The notes: generated from the letters alone by a model not told the origin. Shown: positions 8,579 to 16,747, counted from the first letter of the stretch. The stretch is DNA of 32,000 nucleotides from Candidatus Jettenia sp. (GCA_021650895.1 CP091278.1:431659-463658), one strand, 5' to 3'. Program-made: numbers and translations.

Positions 8579-10039
8579 TTATGTGGTAACAGTTTCCATG
8601 ACAGAGTTTGAAACAGGTACTGTACCTGATTTGTAGCAGTCCTTATAATAATCACCTGAATCATATAATTCTTTCAAGTTCTGCAATACCTGCTCAAATA
8701 CTTGCTTCCAATCTGAGCCTACTCTAAATGCAAACATAGAATTTCGTGGATTTTTCGTTGTCTTAATAGAATTTCTGAAGCGTGTTCTTAAATTATCACC
8801 TGCATAAATATGATCATAAACATATTGCATACCATCGATAAAGTTTTCTAATGTCATATCTACAAAACGATGAACTACATGAGCAGTATCATAATATTGC
8901 CAATCCTCTGGATAATTCTTTCTGAAAATTCTTTTTTCCGAATCCAATCGTGCATAAAGCTGTGTTTTTGGGAAGGGGCAGTTAATACCGAAGGTAAGAA
9001 TATCAATATTATTTTCCAATATAAACTCGGTCATTCTTTTAAAGGAATCTTTATCATCTCCATCAGCCCCAAATACTACCGATCCCCAGACAACTAACCC
9101 TGCATTATGAATCTTCTGAATGCAGTCAAAATAACTATCAGTTCCCAGTTTAAGATTTACCCGTTTATTCATCTTTTGTAATACCGCTTCGTTGGTAGAT
9201 TCTATACCAATAAGCATGCCAAAATTACCACTTTTTGCCATATAATCCAGCGTTTCCGGGTCTTGAGAAATATTTAAGGCGGTGAATCCTAACCAATCTT
9301 TATGGATACCACGTTCGACCATACCCTTAAAGAGATCCCGTGCCCTTTCGTTTGATTTTTTACCGTGACCATAAAAATTGTCTTCTGCCAGCATTAAACC
9401 CTTATAATCTGTTGCTGCCATCTCATCGAGTACGTCTTCATAGGGTCTTTCTCTGAACTTTCTCCCCTGGAAAGTAGGCACACTACAGAAATCACAATAG
9501 TTGGGGCATCCTTTTGTTGTAACGATAGAAGAAAATTTATAGTTGTACTTTTTCTTCATCAATTCACGATTAGGATATACCTTTTTCATCAAACTTAAAG
9601 GGGGAAGCCCTCCCTGATAGGTCTTTTTCAGCTTTCCTTCTTCAAAATCTTTTATAACCTGAGGCCACACTTCTTCAGCTTCTCCTACAAAAACTGAATC
9701 AACATACTTTGCGGCCTCTTCTGGCATTACCGATGCATGTATTCCACCCATTATTACCGTCATACCCTTTTTTTTGCACGCTGTAGCAATCTTATAAGCC
9801 CTTGGAGACTGGTAGGTTACTGCTGTGATACATACAAGGTCTACGGGTTTAAAGGTAATTTCGTCTTTATCATCGATTGCCAGTTCAATATTTTCATCTA
9901 TAATATCAAATTCCCAATCACCTGGTGTAAGGGCAGCAATATAAGCAAGATTCAAAGGCATTTGGACAATTACTGTAATACTTTCTTCTCCATGCCTACC
10001 CGGTTTATGTGGATTGATCAACATCATTTTTTTACTCAT
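8579..10039 (-). CDS. B12-binding-domain radical SAM enzyme (class B radical SAM), ~486 aa
   Basis: N-terminal flavodoxin-like cobalamin-binding region followed by the radical SAM core TTKGCPNYCDFCSVP (CxxxCxxC). I prefer the ATG at 10039 (MSKKMMLINPH): GGAGG lies 8 nt upstream and it forms an ATGA overlap with the stop of the desaturase gene. Confidence 0.85.
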   Translation of the reverse strand: MSKKMMLINPHKPGRHGEESITVIVQMPLNLAYIAALTPGDWEFDIIDENIELAIDDKDEITFKPVDLVCITAVTYQSPRAYKIATACKKKGMTVIMGGIHASVMPEEAAKYVDSVFVGEAEEVWPQVIKDFEEGKLKKTYQGGLPPLSLMKKVYPNRELMKKKYNYKFSSIVTTKGCPNYCDFCSVPTFQGRKFRERPYEDVLDEMAATDYKGLMLAEDNFYGHGKKSNERARDLFKGMVERGIHKDWLGFTALNISQDPETLDYMAKSGNFGMLIGIESTNEAVLQKMNKRVNLKLGTDSYFDCIQKIHNAGLVVWGSVVFGADGDDKDSFKRMTEFILENNIDILTFGINCPFPKTQLYARLDSEKRIFRKNYPEDWQYYDTAHVVHRFVDMTLENFIDGMQYVYDHIYAGDNLRTRFRNSIKTTKNPRNSMFAFRVGSDWKQVFEQVLQNLKELYDSGDYYKDCYKSGTVPVSNSVMETVTT

Positions 10040-11499
10040 ATCATTTGCCTCCAATTCTCCATAATTAAATTAGCAACACTCCAACCCGAAGAGACCACAG
10101 CGGAAATTCCAGGGCCTGGTCTTGTCCAATGTCCAGCTAAATATAAATTGTCAACAGGCGTCTCATGTGGCAACCTATTTTCCCACATTTGATCTGCGGT
10201 AACCGCCCAACCGTAAGCGGCTCCATGGGTATTTAACGTGTAACGCTCCAGGGTTTTTGGAGTAGCCGCCTCTTTTACTTCGATATATTTTCTAATTTCA
10301 GGAAGGTATTTCTCCAATCTCTTTATCGTGTTTGCAATCATGTCTTCTTTAAAAGATTTCCAGTTTTTAACATCCTTGTATGCCTCCTCTTTCATGGAAA
10401 CAACTACTGAAATTATTTGTTTGTTTGATGGCGCAAGGGTTGGGCATATCTTTGTTGGAACTGATATATACATCCACTCGTCATCCAGATAACGACTATC
10501 TGTAGCAGTATGATAAAATCCTCTTTTTAGGCTCGTTAAATCTATGTTGCTTCCCAATCCTAGATATAAAAGAAAAAAAGAGCAACTCTCTTTCATTCCT
10601 TCAATTTTTTTAAGGAATGATACATCAATTTTATCTTTTAGTAACTCAAAAAAAGTTTGCCGAACATCAATATTTGAAACCACCAAGCCTGATACTATCT
10701 CTTTACCGTTTTGCAGTTTAACACCAATAACGGTTTTATTATTCAATAATATTTTTTCGGCTCTGGATGATAACATAACGTGTCCGCCAAAATCAATAAA
10801 TTTCTTAAAAATTGTATTAGCAAACTCTTGTGTACCGCCCACAGGGAAAAAGGCACCATCCTTGAGATAATTAATCATCATTTGACACATGGCAATCGCA
10901 GAGGCCTGAGTAGGGGGGAGTCCTATGTAACCCCATTGACCGGAAAGTACCATCTTGAGTTCTTCAGTATTAAAATAATCATGTAACATATCATGGTAGG
11001 TATGGTTTTTATATTTTTCGATAATTTGGCTTTTTTCATTATTGAATGTAGCACGATAGAGTTTTATAAAATCCTGGAAGAAATTTTTAATAGCATCTTT
11101 TTCTGAAGGGTAACGGTTTTGTAAGCGAGCAATATATTCATCCAGATCTGCGGGAATTTCAATGCTGAAGCCGGGGAATATCAGGTGATCCATAGGATCC
11201 AGAGGGTAGAAATCCATTTCAATCCCAAGTATTTTTAAACAGCGGCCGACAACACTCCACTTTCCACAACCTCCAATATGGTGAACTGCTGCATCAAAGG
11301 TAAAACCTTTTCTCTTAAAAGAAGTGCAATAGCCGCCAGGAATAGAATGCTGCTCTACCAGGAGAACCCTCTTTCCACTTTTGGCAAGAAAGGTACCACA
11401 AACTAAACCAGCAATGCCCGTACCAATAATAATTACATCATAATGAGGGTACAACAGATCATTTTTTGTGGATCGAATATAACCGGTGGAAGGCACCAT
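10036..11499 (-). CDS. FAD-dependent oxidoreductase of the phytoene desaturase (CrtI/CrtD-like) family, 487 aa
   Basis: N-terminal dinucleotide fold YDVIIIGTGIAGLVCGTFLAKSGKRVLLVEQ...PGGY, with size and C-terminal blocks typical of CrtI-family desaturases. Starts 3 nt after the stop of the KS-like gene. Confidence 0.8.
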   Translation of the reverse strand: MVPSTGYIRSTKNDLLYPHYDVIIIGTGIAGLVCGTFLAKSGKRVLLVEQHSIPGGYCTSFKRKGFTFDAAVHHIGGCGKWSVVGRCLKILGIEMDFYPLDPMDHLIFPGFSIEIPADLDEYIARLQNRYPSEKDAIKNFFQDFIKLYRATFNNEKSQIIEKYKNHTYHDMLHDYFNTEELKMVLSGQWGYIGLPPTQASAIAMCQMMINYLKDGAFFPVGGTQEFANTIFKKFIDFGGHVMLSSRAEKILLNNKTVIGVKLQNGKEIVSGLVVSNIDVRQTFFELLKDKIDVSFLKKIEGMKESCSFFLLYLGLGSNIDLTSLKRGFYHTATDSRYLDDEWMYISVPTKICPTLAPSNKQIISVVVSMKEEAYKDVKNWKSFKEDMIANTIKRLEKYLPEIRKYIEVKEAATPKTLERYTLNTHGAAYGWAVTADQMWENRLPHETPVDNLYLAGHWTRPGPGISAVVSSGWSVANLIMENWRQMI

Positions 11500-11502
11500 G
11501 AA

Positions 11503-12741
11503 TTATCTTTTGTATTTAGAGATAATGAGGGAAGAGTTATTGCCTAATCGTGAGAAGGAATTTATGAGAATGTTCTTGGCTGGTAAAGTACTTTTCTGGG
11601 TCACATAACTTAGGTCACAATTCTCGTCTCGTTCCTTATAATTAATGGTAGGTGGAATTATGTGGGTGTTAACAGACATGACTGCAGCTACTGTTTGCAA
11701 TGCACCCGAAGCATCAAAACACTCGCCTGTCATAGATTTAATGGCTGTTACAGGGAGAAGATTTGCCCGCATACCAAAAACTTCTTTAATAACCTGGGTT
11801 TCCATCGCATCGCCGTATACCCCAGAATAAGCATTAGCAGATATGTAGGAGATGTCGTGGAGCGTGAGACCGGCATCCTGAATGGCGTTTATAACAGCTC
11901 TTCTGTTACCATCTATTTGATAATCCTTACTTATAGCCATTTTCGGCTCGAATGCTGTCCCATAACCTTTGACTTCTGCATAAATGTGTGCGTTCCTTTT
12001 CAGTGCATTTTCCAGAGTCTCAAGGACGACCAGGGCTGATGCTTCACCAATAACCATTCCGTTGCGTCTCTTATCAAAAGGTGCACAAATTTCCAGGGTT
12101 CCATAGGTGCTTCCCGATAATATTTTAGAATTATGCGACCCCCAAAATATATCATGAGTCAATCCATGTACACCACCTGCTAATACAGCTTTAACACGGC
12201 CCATACGGAGGAAATCAGAGGCATAGATGACCGCATCGATACTGCTGGTAACACCATTTGAAATGGTTGTATTCAGCCCGGTTGCCTTACAGAAAATCGA
12301 TGCCCGGCTTGCTGGTGCATTTAATACCGTATTAGGAAAGTCCATAGGGTTAACATAATTCGGACCTTCACGCAATGACTGGAAATCAAAAGAGCTAATG
12401 CTGTCTATGCTGCCATAGGTAGATCCCACAACAATACCCAGCTCTTCTTCGTTGTATGTAGTATTTTCAAGATTGGCATCTTTGATGGCAAGAACCGCTG
12501 CGGATGATACAAGAAGGGATGTACGGTCAATGTGGCGAATTCCCTTTTGTCCAAGGTAAACTTTTGCATCAAAATCAGAAATTTCTCCCGCTTGCTTGCT
12601 ATTAAAGTTACTTACATCAAATAAGGTGATAGGCTTTATGCCTGATACACCGTTGGTTAAATTTTCCCAGAAAACATCTTTACCTGTTCCAATAGGCGAG
12701 AGAACCGAAACACCCGTAATAACAATCCTCGTTTTTTCCAT
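11503..12741 (-). CDS. Beta-ketoacyl synthase-like protein lacking the Cys-His-His triad (KS-beta / chain-length-factor-like partner), ~412 aa
   Basis: Thiolase-fold KS homolog that aligns along its whole length with the adjacent FabF-like protein. Its catalytic positions read Val165 (NTTISNGVTSS), Asn (YISANAYSG) and Glu (KSMTGECFDASG). The ATG at 12741 shares one base with the upstream TGA (TGATG); an alternative TTG at 12744 gives a 4-nt overlap. Confidence 0.85.
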   Translation of the reverse strand: MEKTRIVITGVSVLSPIGTGKDVFWENLTNGVSGIKPITLFDVSNFNSKQAGEISDFDAKVYLGQKGIRHIDRTSLLVSSAAVLAIKDANLENTTYNEEELGIVVGSTYGSIDSISSFDFQSLREGPNYVNPMDFPNTVLNAPASRASIFCKATGLNTTISNGVTSSIDAVIYASDFLRMGRVKAVLAGGVHGLTHDIFWGSHNSKILSGSTYGTLEICAPFDKRRNGMVIGEASALVVLETLENALKRNAHIYAEVKGYGTAFEPKMAISKDYQIDGNRRAVINAIQDAGLTLHDISYISANAYSGVYGDAMETQVIKEVFGMRANLLPVTAIKSMTGECFDASGALQTVAAVMSVNTHIIPPTINYKERDENCDLSYVTQKSTLPAKNILINSFSRLGNNSSLIISKYKR

Positions 12742-13967
12742 CAAGAGCCTCTTTTAAATTTTTTCACAACTAAACAGCTGTTGTTACCACCAAATGCATG
12801 AGCATTATTAAGCGCAATGTTTACTTCCTGTTTTCTTGCAACGTTAGGAACATAATCCAGGTCGCATTCCGGATCGGGGGTCTCATAATTAATCGTAGGG
12901 GGGATAATATCATTTTGAACAACTAAAGCGCAAGTAATTGCCTCAATTGCGCTTGCAGCTCCCATGGTATGTCCTATCATTGATTTTATTGAACTGATAG
13001 CGAGATGTTTTGGTTTATCCCCAAACACCTTTTTGATTGAAATCGTTTCTGCTTTATCGTTTGCGGGTGTGCCTGTTCCGTGAGCACTGATGTACTGAAC
13101 ATCTTCAGGTCTTAAATCTGCATTTTTTAATGCCTTTTTCATTGCAGAGACGACACCTTCCCCGTCTGGATGGGGGATGGTTATATGATATGCATCGCAA
13201 CTGAGTCCATAACCGGTTATTTCCGCATAAATAGGGGCATTCCTCTGTAATGCATGATCAAGTGATTCTAGAAGGAGCATACCAGCTCCCTCACCAACCA
13301 TCATGCCTTTTCTGTTTTTATCAAAAGGCTGACATATTTCCGGAGCAATAGCGCCTAGTCGTGCAAATCCCGTATATGCAACCTTCGAAAAAGGGTCTGA
13401 ACCACCAGCGATCATCATGTCCACCCTTCCGAATTGAATTAAATCGTATGCATATCCGATTGCATAATTGCCGGCTGCACAGGCGGTGGGAATAATAGTA
13501 TTGGGACCTTTGAATCCAAATTCGATGGCAATATTGGCAGGGATATTATTACATGGATGCATTAAAAACAGATCGGGAGCAACTTTGTCTTCGCCATCTC
13601 TATGCCTTATATAATTGACTTTTTCCAGGATTTGTATTTCTCCCGCAGTCGTACCTACAGAAACACCTATCCTTTCCAGATTAATCGCATTCAAATCGAG
13701 CTGGGCGTCATTTAAGGCCAGCTTTGCGGCTGCAATTCCGAATTGTGAACCTTTACCAATTTTTTTAAGAACACCGTTCTTTATATAGTTTGAATAATCG
13801 AAGTTCTTAACTTCACATCCTTTATGGACTTTGTATTCAGAGGTATCAATACATGATACCTTATCGACACCTGATACCCCGGCAATGAGGGAATTCCAGA
13901 AAACATCCTTTCCTGAACCGATAGGGGTAATCATTCCTACGCCTGTTATAACTACGCGTTTATTCAT
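12741..13967 (-). CDS. fabF: Beta-ketoacyl-ACP synthase II-type condensing enzyme (active KS), 408 aa
   Basis: Complete catalytic set: PTACAAG (Cys), DAYHIT, SAHGTGT (His), [14 protein letters not shown] (Lys/His), C-terminal FGGNNS. Confidence 0.9.
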   Translation of the reverse strand: MNKRVVITGVGMITPIGSGKDVFWNSLIAGVSGVDKVSCIDTSEYKVHKGCEVKNFDYSNYIKNGVLKKIGKGSQFGIAAAKLALNDAQLDLNAINLERIGVSVGTTAGEIQILEKVNYIRHRDGEDKVAPDLFLMHPCNNIPANIAIEFGFKGPNTIIPTACAAGNYAIGYAYDLIQFGRVDMMIAGGSDPFSKVAYTGFARLGAIAPEICQPFDKNRKGMMVGEGAGMLLLESLDHALQRNAPIYAEITGYGLSCDAYHITIPHPDGEGVVSAMKKALKNADLRPEDVQYISAHGTGTPANDKAETISIKKVFGDKPKHLAISSIKSMIGHTMGAASAIEAITCALVVQNDIIPPTINYETPDPECDLDYVPNVARKQEVNIALNNAHAFGGNNSCLVVKKFKRGS

Positions 13968-13974
13968 AATTTAT

Positions 13975-14427
13975 TTATAGTAATGCACTTTTTTCAGCAA
14001 TTCCAAAAGTTAAAGTAGCCTTAGCAACTGCTTTTTCATCAACTTTTACCGTTGCCTGAATAATAGCTCCTTTCGATACGATCTTTTCTACATTGATTTC
14101 TATAAGGAGTTGATCGCCAGGGAAGACGGGTTTTGTAAATCTTGCATTGCCAATTGATGCCAGTAAAAAAACCGTATCCTTACCGCTTTGTATAGGAGGA
14201 AGGCTTTTCCTGAATAGGATAATAGAAGCCTGTGCCATTGCCTCGATAATTAAAACGCCAGGCATAATAGCAAAGTCAGGGAAATGTCCGACAAAAACTG
14301 GCTCATTGCCAGAAACATTTTTTACACAAATAATTTTTTTCCCTTCTTCAAACTCAATAACTTTATCAATAAATATAAAAGGATATTTTTGAGGGAGAAG
14401 GGATCTGATTTCCTCAAAAGATATCAT
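13975..14427 (-). CDS. fabZ: 3-hydroxyacyl-ACP dehydratase FabZ, ~150 aa
   Basis: LLPQKYPFIFIDKV...FVGHFPDFAIMPGVLIIEAMAQAS is the canonical FabZ signature. Start is ambiguous: the track ORF begins at a TTG (14436), and I prefer the ATG at 14427. Confidence 0.9.
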   Translation of the reverse strand: MISFEEIRSLLPQKYPFIFIDKVIEFEEGKKIICVKNVSGNEPVFVGHFPDFAIMPGVLIIEAMAQASIILFRKSLPPIQSGKDTVFLLASIGNARFTKPVFPGDQLLIEINVEKIVSKGAIIQATVKVDEKAVAKATLTFGIAEKSALL

Positions 14428-14503
14428 ACTGTACAAATCTTCTCTTCTTGCATCATTGCCTAATTGTCCTGTAAATTATCATACTCTGTGTGTCAGATGT
14501 ATT

Positions 14504-14773
14504 TTAAGATGAAAGTTTTCCGCTTTCAGCTAAGACAGATTTTGTTAAATCAATCGTAGCTGCCAGCGATGTAATATCAACAAGCTTTTCTTCCGGAATT
14601 TGCACCTTAAATTTCTTTTCAATAAGAGCAAGAATTTCAAGGGCTAAAAGAGAGTCAATTTCAAGATCTTTAAAGAAATTTGCATCTCTTTTAGCCCAAA
14701 TTTCTTTTTCATCCAGCTCTGTAACCTCAGCCACAATAGCGGTTACACCTTTTTCAATCTCTTCTGCGTTCAA
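14504..14773 (-). CDS. Cluster-dedicated acyl carrier protein, 89 aa (track ORF is over-extended at the 5' end)
   Basis: Phosphopantetheine site LEIDSLLALE (DSL). TTG start at 14773 with AAGGAG 7 nt upstream (14786..14781). The 21 extra N-terminal codons of the track ORF lie in what looks like the 5' UTR. Confidence 0.85.
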   Translation of the reverse strand: MNAEEIEKGVTAIVAEVTELDEKEIWAKRDANFFKDLEIDSLLALEILALIEKKFKVQIPEEKLVDITSLAATIDLTKSVLAESGKLSS

Positions 14774-14850
14774 AATTATTCTCCTTATTAATAATCTGCC
14801 TAACAAACGACATAGCATCCACTCAGCATAATCCAAAAATAAGAAAGACC

Positions 14851-14879
14851 ATCGTATCAGACATAATTTACATTGTCAA
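14851..14879 (-). promoter_or_regulatory. sigma70-like promoter of the ACP-to-radical-SAM operon (TTGACA-17 nt-TACGAT)
   Basis: Minus-strand reading: TTGACA (14879..14874), a 17-nt spacer, then TACGAT (14856..14851). It lies about 80 nt upstream of the ACP start. Confidence 0.45.
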
Positions 14880-14920
14880 TAATATTCTTTAACTCGCCTG
14901 ATTATGTATAGGAATCGAAA

Positions 14921-14999
14921 TGTAGGGCAACCATTTAGGGTTGCTATCCATGATCCCACATATTCAAATGAGGAGGTAAGGATAAAACCCTGCCCTACA
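14921..14999 (+). repeat. REP/MITE-like structured repeat, copy A (full length, module 2 degenerate)
   Basis: TGTAGGGCAACCatttagGGTTGCTATCC...AAACCCTGCCCTACA. Terminal inverted repeat TGTAGGGCA/TGCCCTACA and an internal GCAACC/GGTTGC hairpin. Confidence 0.7.
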
Positions 15000-15146
15000 T
15001 GAAACAAATTTACAACGTCTGATAATATATATTATGTTACAATTCCTGATTGTTTTTCCTGGCACCTTGATTAAATTGATTAGATTCCTGAATTTTTGCC
15101 CTTTCTAGATTATTATCACAAAAGCGGATTCGATATAATACCATAT

Positions 15147-15758
15147 TTATTTGCTTTTTCTTGAAGCCATTCTCTCCTGTTTTGATTCCTGTTTCTTCAG
15201 TTTGCTCAGTTTGCCTAATGCACGGTATATTTGTCTTTCCAACATAGTCTCGTACTCAGACAGATCTTTCAGTTTGGTTTTATCCTCAGCTATTTTCAAT
15301 GCTTTTAACTGTTTCAACTCAACATTTGTCCTCTTTCTTGTCCTGAAAAATCCTTGCTCGTACTCCTGAATACAAGAAGCGGCGTAGTCCATTATCTGAC
15401 CTTCAATCTTCAGACATCGCTTCAGTCGCCACATACTCGAAATAATACGATCTGCAATAATCGATTCAATCTCATTTGATGGTTTTAATTCTCGTGTAAG
15501 GCGATTTCTTAACTCGTCAAGATCAGCTTCGTTTTCGCCATCTATTAATATTTCTTTACTAAAGATAGACTCTGTTATACTTTTGCTTTCCTTAGATTTC
15601 AACGGGTCTGAAGATGTTTTGGTCTTAACTTCCGTATCTTTCCCGTGTATTGTTTTCGATTGATCAACTATCGTATTCATTATCTTATCGATCTTTTCTT
15701 TATTAACATTATCCGGATGCTTTTCACGTAAAACGTCGTCTTTTAGAATTGTTGACAT
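15147..15758 (-). CDS. Hypothetical lysine/glutamate-rich, probably coiled-coil protein, 203 aa
   Basis: Intact ORF with AAAGGAAAAAG upstream of the ATG. No motif I recognise. The C-terminal half (RIISSMWRLKRCLKIEGQIMDY...LKQLKALKIAEDKTKLKDLSEYETMLERQIYRALGKLSKLKK) looks helical. Bracketed by repeat copies A and B. Confidence 0.5.
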   Translation of the reverse strand: MSTILKDDVLREKHPDNVNKEKIDKIMNTIVDQSKTIHGKDTEVKTKTSSDPLKSKESKSITESIFSKEILIDGENEADLDELRNRLTRELKPSNEIESIIADRIISSMWRLKRCLKIEGQIMDYAASCIQEYEQGFFRTRKRTNVELKQLKALKIAEDKTKLKDLSEYETMLERQIYRALGKLSKLKKQESKQERMASRKSK

Positions 15759-15888
15759 AATCTTTTTCCTTTCTTATAGAGAAATTGACCATGAGGATAC
15801 TATGGGTATTTTGCCCTCTAAATTTGCACCATACTATCTCATAATCAATTCGACTATTCAATAATTATTTTATAGCTGACACTCAACT

Positions 15889-15935
15889 GGATTCCTACTC
15901 CCCGTTTCCGCGAGGACAAGCTGCGTGGGAATGAC
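15889..15935. repeat. Single copy of a different REP-like element (GGATTCC...GCGTGGGAATGACA)
   Basis: ggattcctactccccgtttccgcgaggacaagctgcgtgggaatgaca. It resembles the GTCATTCCCnnnnnnnGGGAAT type of intergenic palindromic repeat common in environmental bacteria. Only one copy occurs in the window. Confidence 0.35.
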
Positions 15936-16001
15936 ATATGGAGAATTGTGGATAAAACTAAAAAATTTGCTAAAAAAGAAGTTTTTACCGTATAATATTT
16001 C

Positions 16002-16085
16002 TGTAAGGTAACCCCTTAGGGTTGCTACCCCACGAAATTATGTATGTATTCGGGCGGGGAAGCAAGGCTAAAGCCCCGCCCTACA
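16002..16085 (+). repeat. REP/MITE-like structured repeat, copy B (full length)
   Basis: TGTAAGGTAACCccttagGGTTGCTACCCC...GCAAGGCTAAAGCCCCGCCCTACA. Same module order and orientation as copy A. Confidence 0.7.
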
Positions 16086-16106
16086 AGTTGTTGAAGATAT
16101 TAATGT

Positions 16107-16742
16107 ATGAAAATTAATGAAATATTTAAGAGTATTCAGGGGGAGACCTCTTATGCTGGTTTGCCGTGTACCTTCATACGGATAACAGGTTGTAACTTGC
16201 GCTGTCGTTATTGCGATACTACCTATGCCTATGAAGATGGAGTAGAAATGTCAATGAATTCGATTCTTGAAAGTATTCATGACTTTTCATCAAATTTGGT
16301 TTGTATAACGGGTGGCGAGCCTTTATCAAATGAAGATACACCGCTATTGATTCAAAGGCTGCTCGATAAAAATTATACGGTACTGGTAGAAACAAATGGC
16401 AGTTATGATATTCGTATGATACCGGAGAAAGCTGTAAAGATTATGGATATAAAGTGTCCTGGTAGTACTATGAGTCATACAATGCATTGGCAAAATATCG
16501 CCTATTTAACACAATCAGACGAGGTAAAATTTGTTTTAGCTTCCAGAGACGATTACGACTGGACGAAGGATGTGATACAGAAATATAATTTATCAGGAAT
16601 TGCGAAGGTATTGTTAGGAACAGTTTTTAATACAATCTCTCCACAATCCGTTGTACAATGGATTTTAGAAGACAATCTCAAGGTGAGATTTCAACTGCAG
16701 CTCCACAAGTATATATGGGAACCACACACGAGGGGTGTTTGA
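16107..16742 (+). CDS. queE: 7-carboxy-7-deazaguanine synthase (radical SAM, queuosine pathway)
   Basis: MKINEIFKSIQGETSYAGLPCTFIRITGCNLRCRYCDT is the QueE N-terminal signature with its CxxxCxxC variant. 211 aa. Confidence 0.9.
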   Translation: MKINEIFKSIQGETSYAGLPCTFIRITGCNLRCRYCDTTYAYEDGVEMSMNSILESIHDFSSNLVCITGGEPLSNEDTPLLIQRLLDKNYTVLVETNGSYDIRMIPEKAVKIMDIKCPGSTMSHTMHWQNIAYLTQSDEVKFVLASRDDYDWTKDVIQKYNLSGIAKVLLGTVFNTISPQSVVQWILEDNLKVRFQLQLHKYIWEPHTRGV

Positions 16743-16747
16743 TAGTT

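Noticed and set aside
9737-10192. 151-aa plus-strand ORF antisense to the radical SAM/desaturase junction. Similar antisense ORFs occur at 26555..26899, 10544..10986, 11645..12039 and 18288..18803.
   Set aside because: All are antisense shadows of well-supported genes with strong family signatures. None has a recognisable motif or RBS.
11503-13967. Interpreting the two KS genes as ordinary fabF/fabB housekeeping paralogs
   Set aside because: The second copy lacks all three catalytic residues and is translationally coupled to the first. The operon also lacks fabD, fabG and fabI.
14774-14836. N-terminal 21 codons of the 110-aa track ORF for the ACP (MDYAEWMLCRLLGRLLIRRII)
   Set aside because: There is no RBS before that ATG. 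AAGGAG-N7-TTG at 14773 gives a normal-length ACP, and the extension lies downstream of a good -35/-10 pair, so it is most likely 5' UTR.
16000-16106. preQ1 riboswitch upstream of queE-queC
   Set aside because: The 5' region is occupied by repeat copy B. I could not find the preQ1-I/II consensus features (a short hairpin with an A-rich tail ahead of the SD). Only about 20 nt separate the repeat from the ATG.
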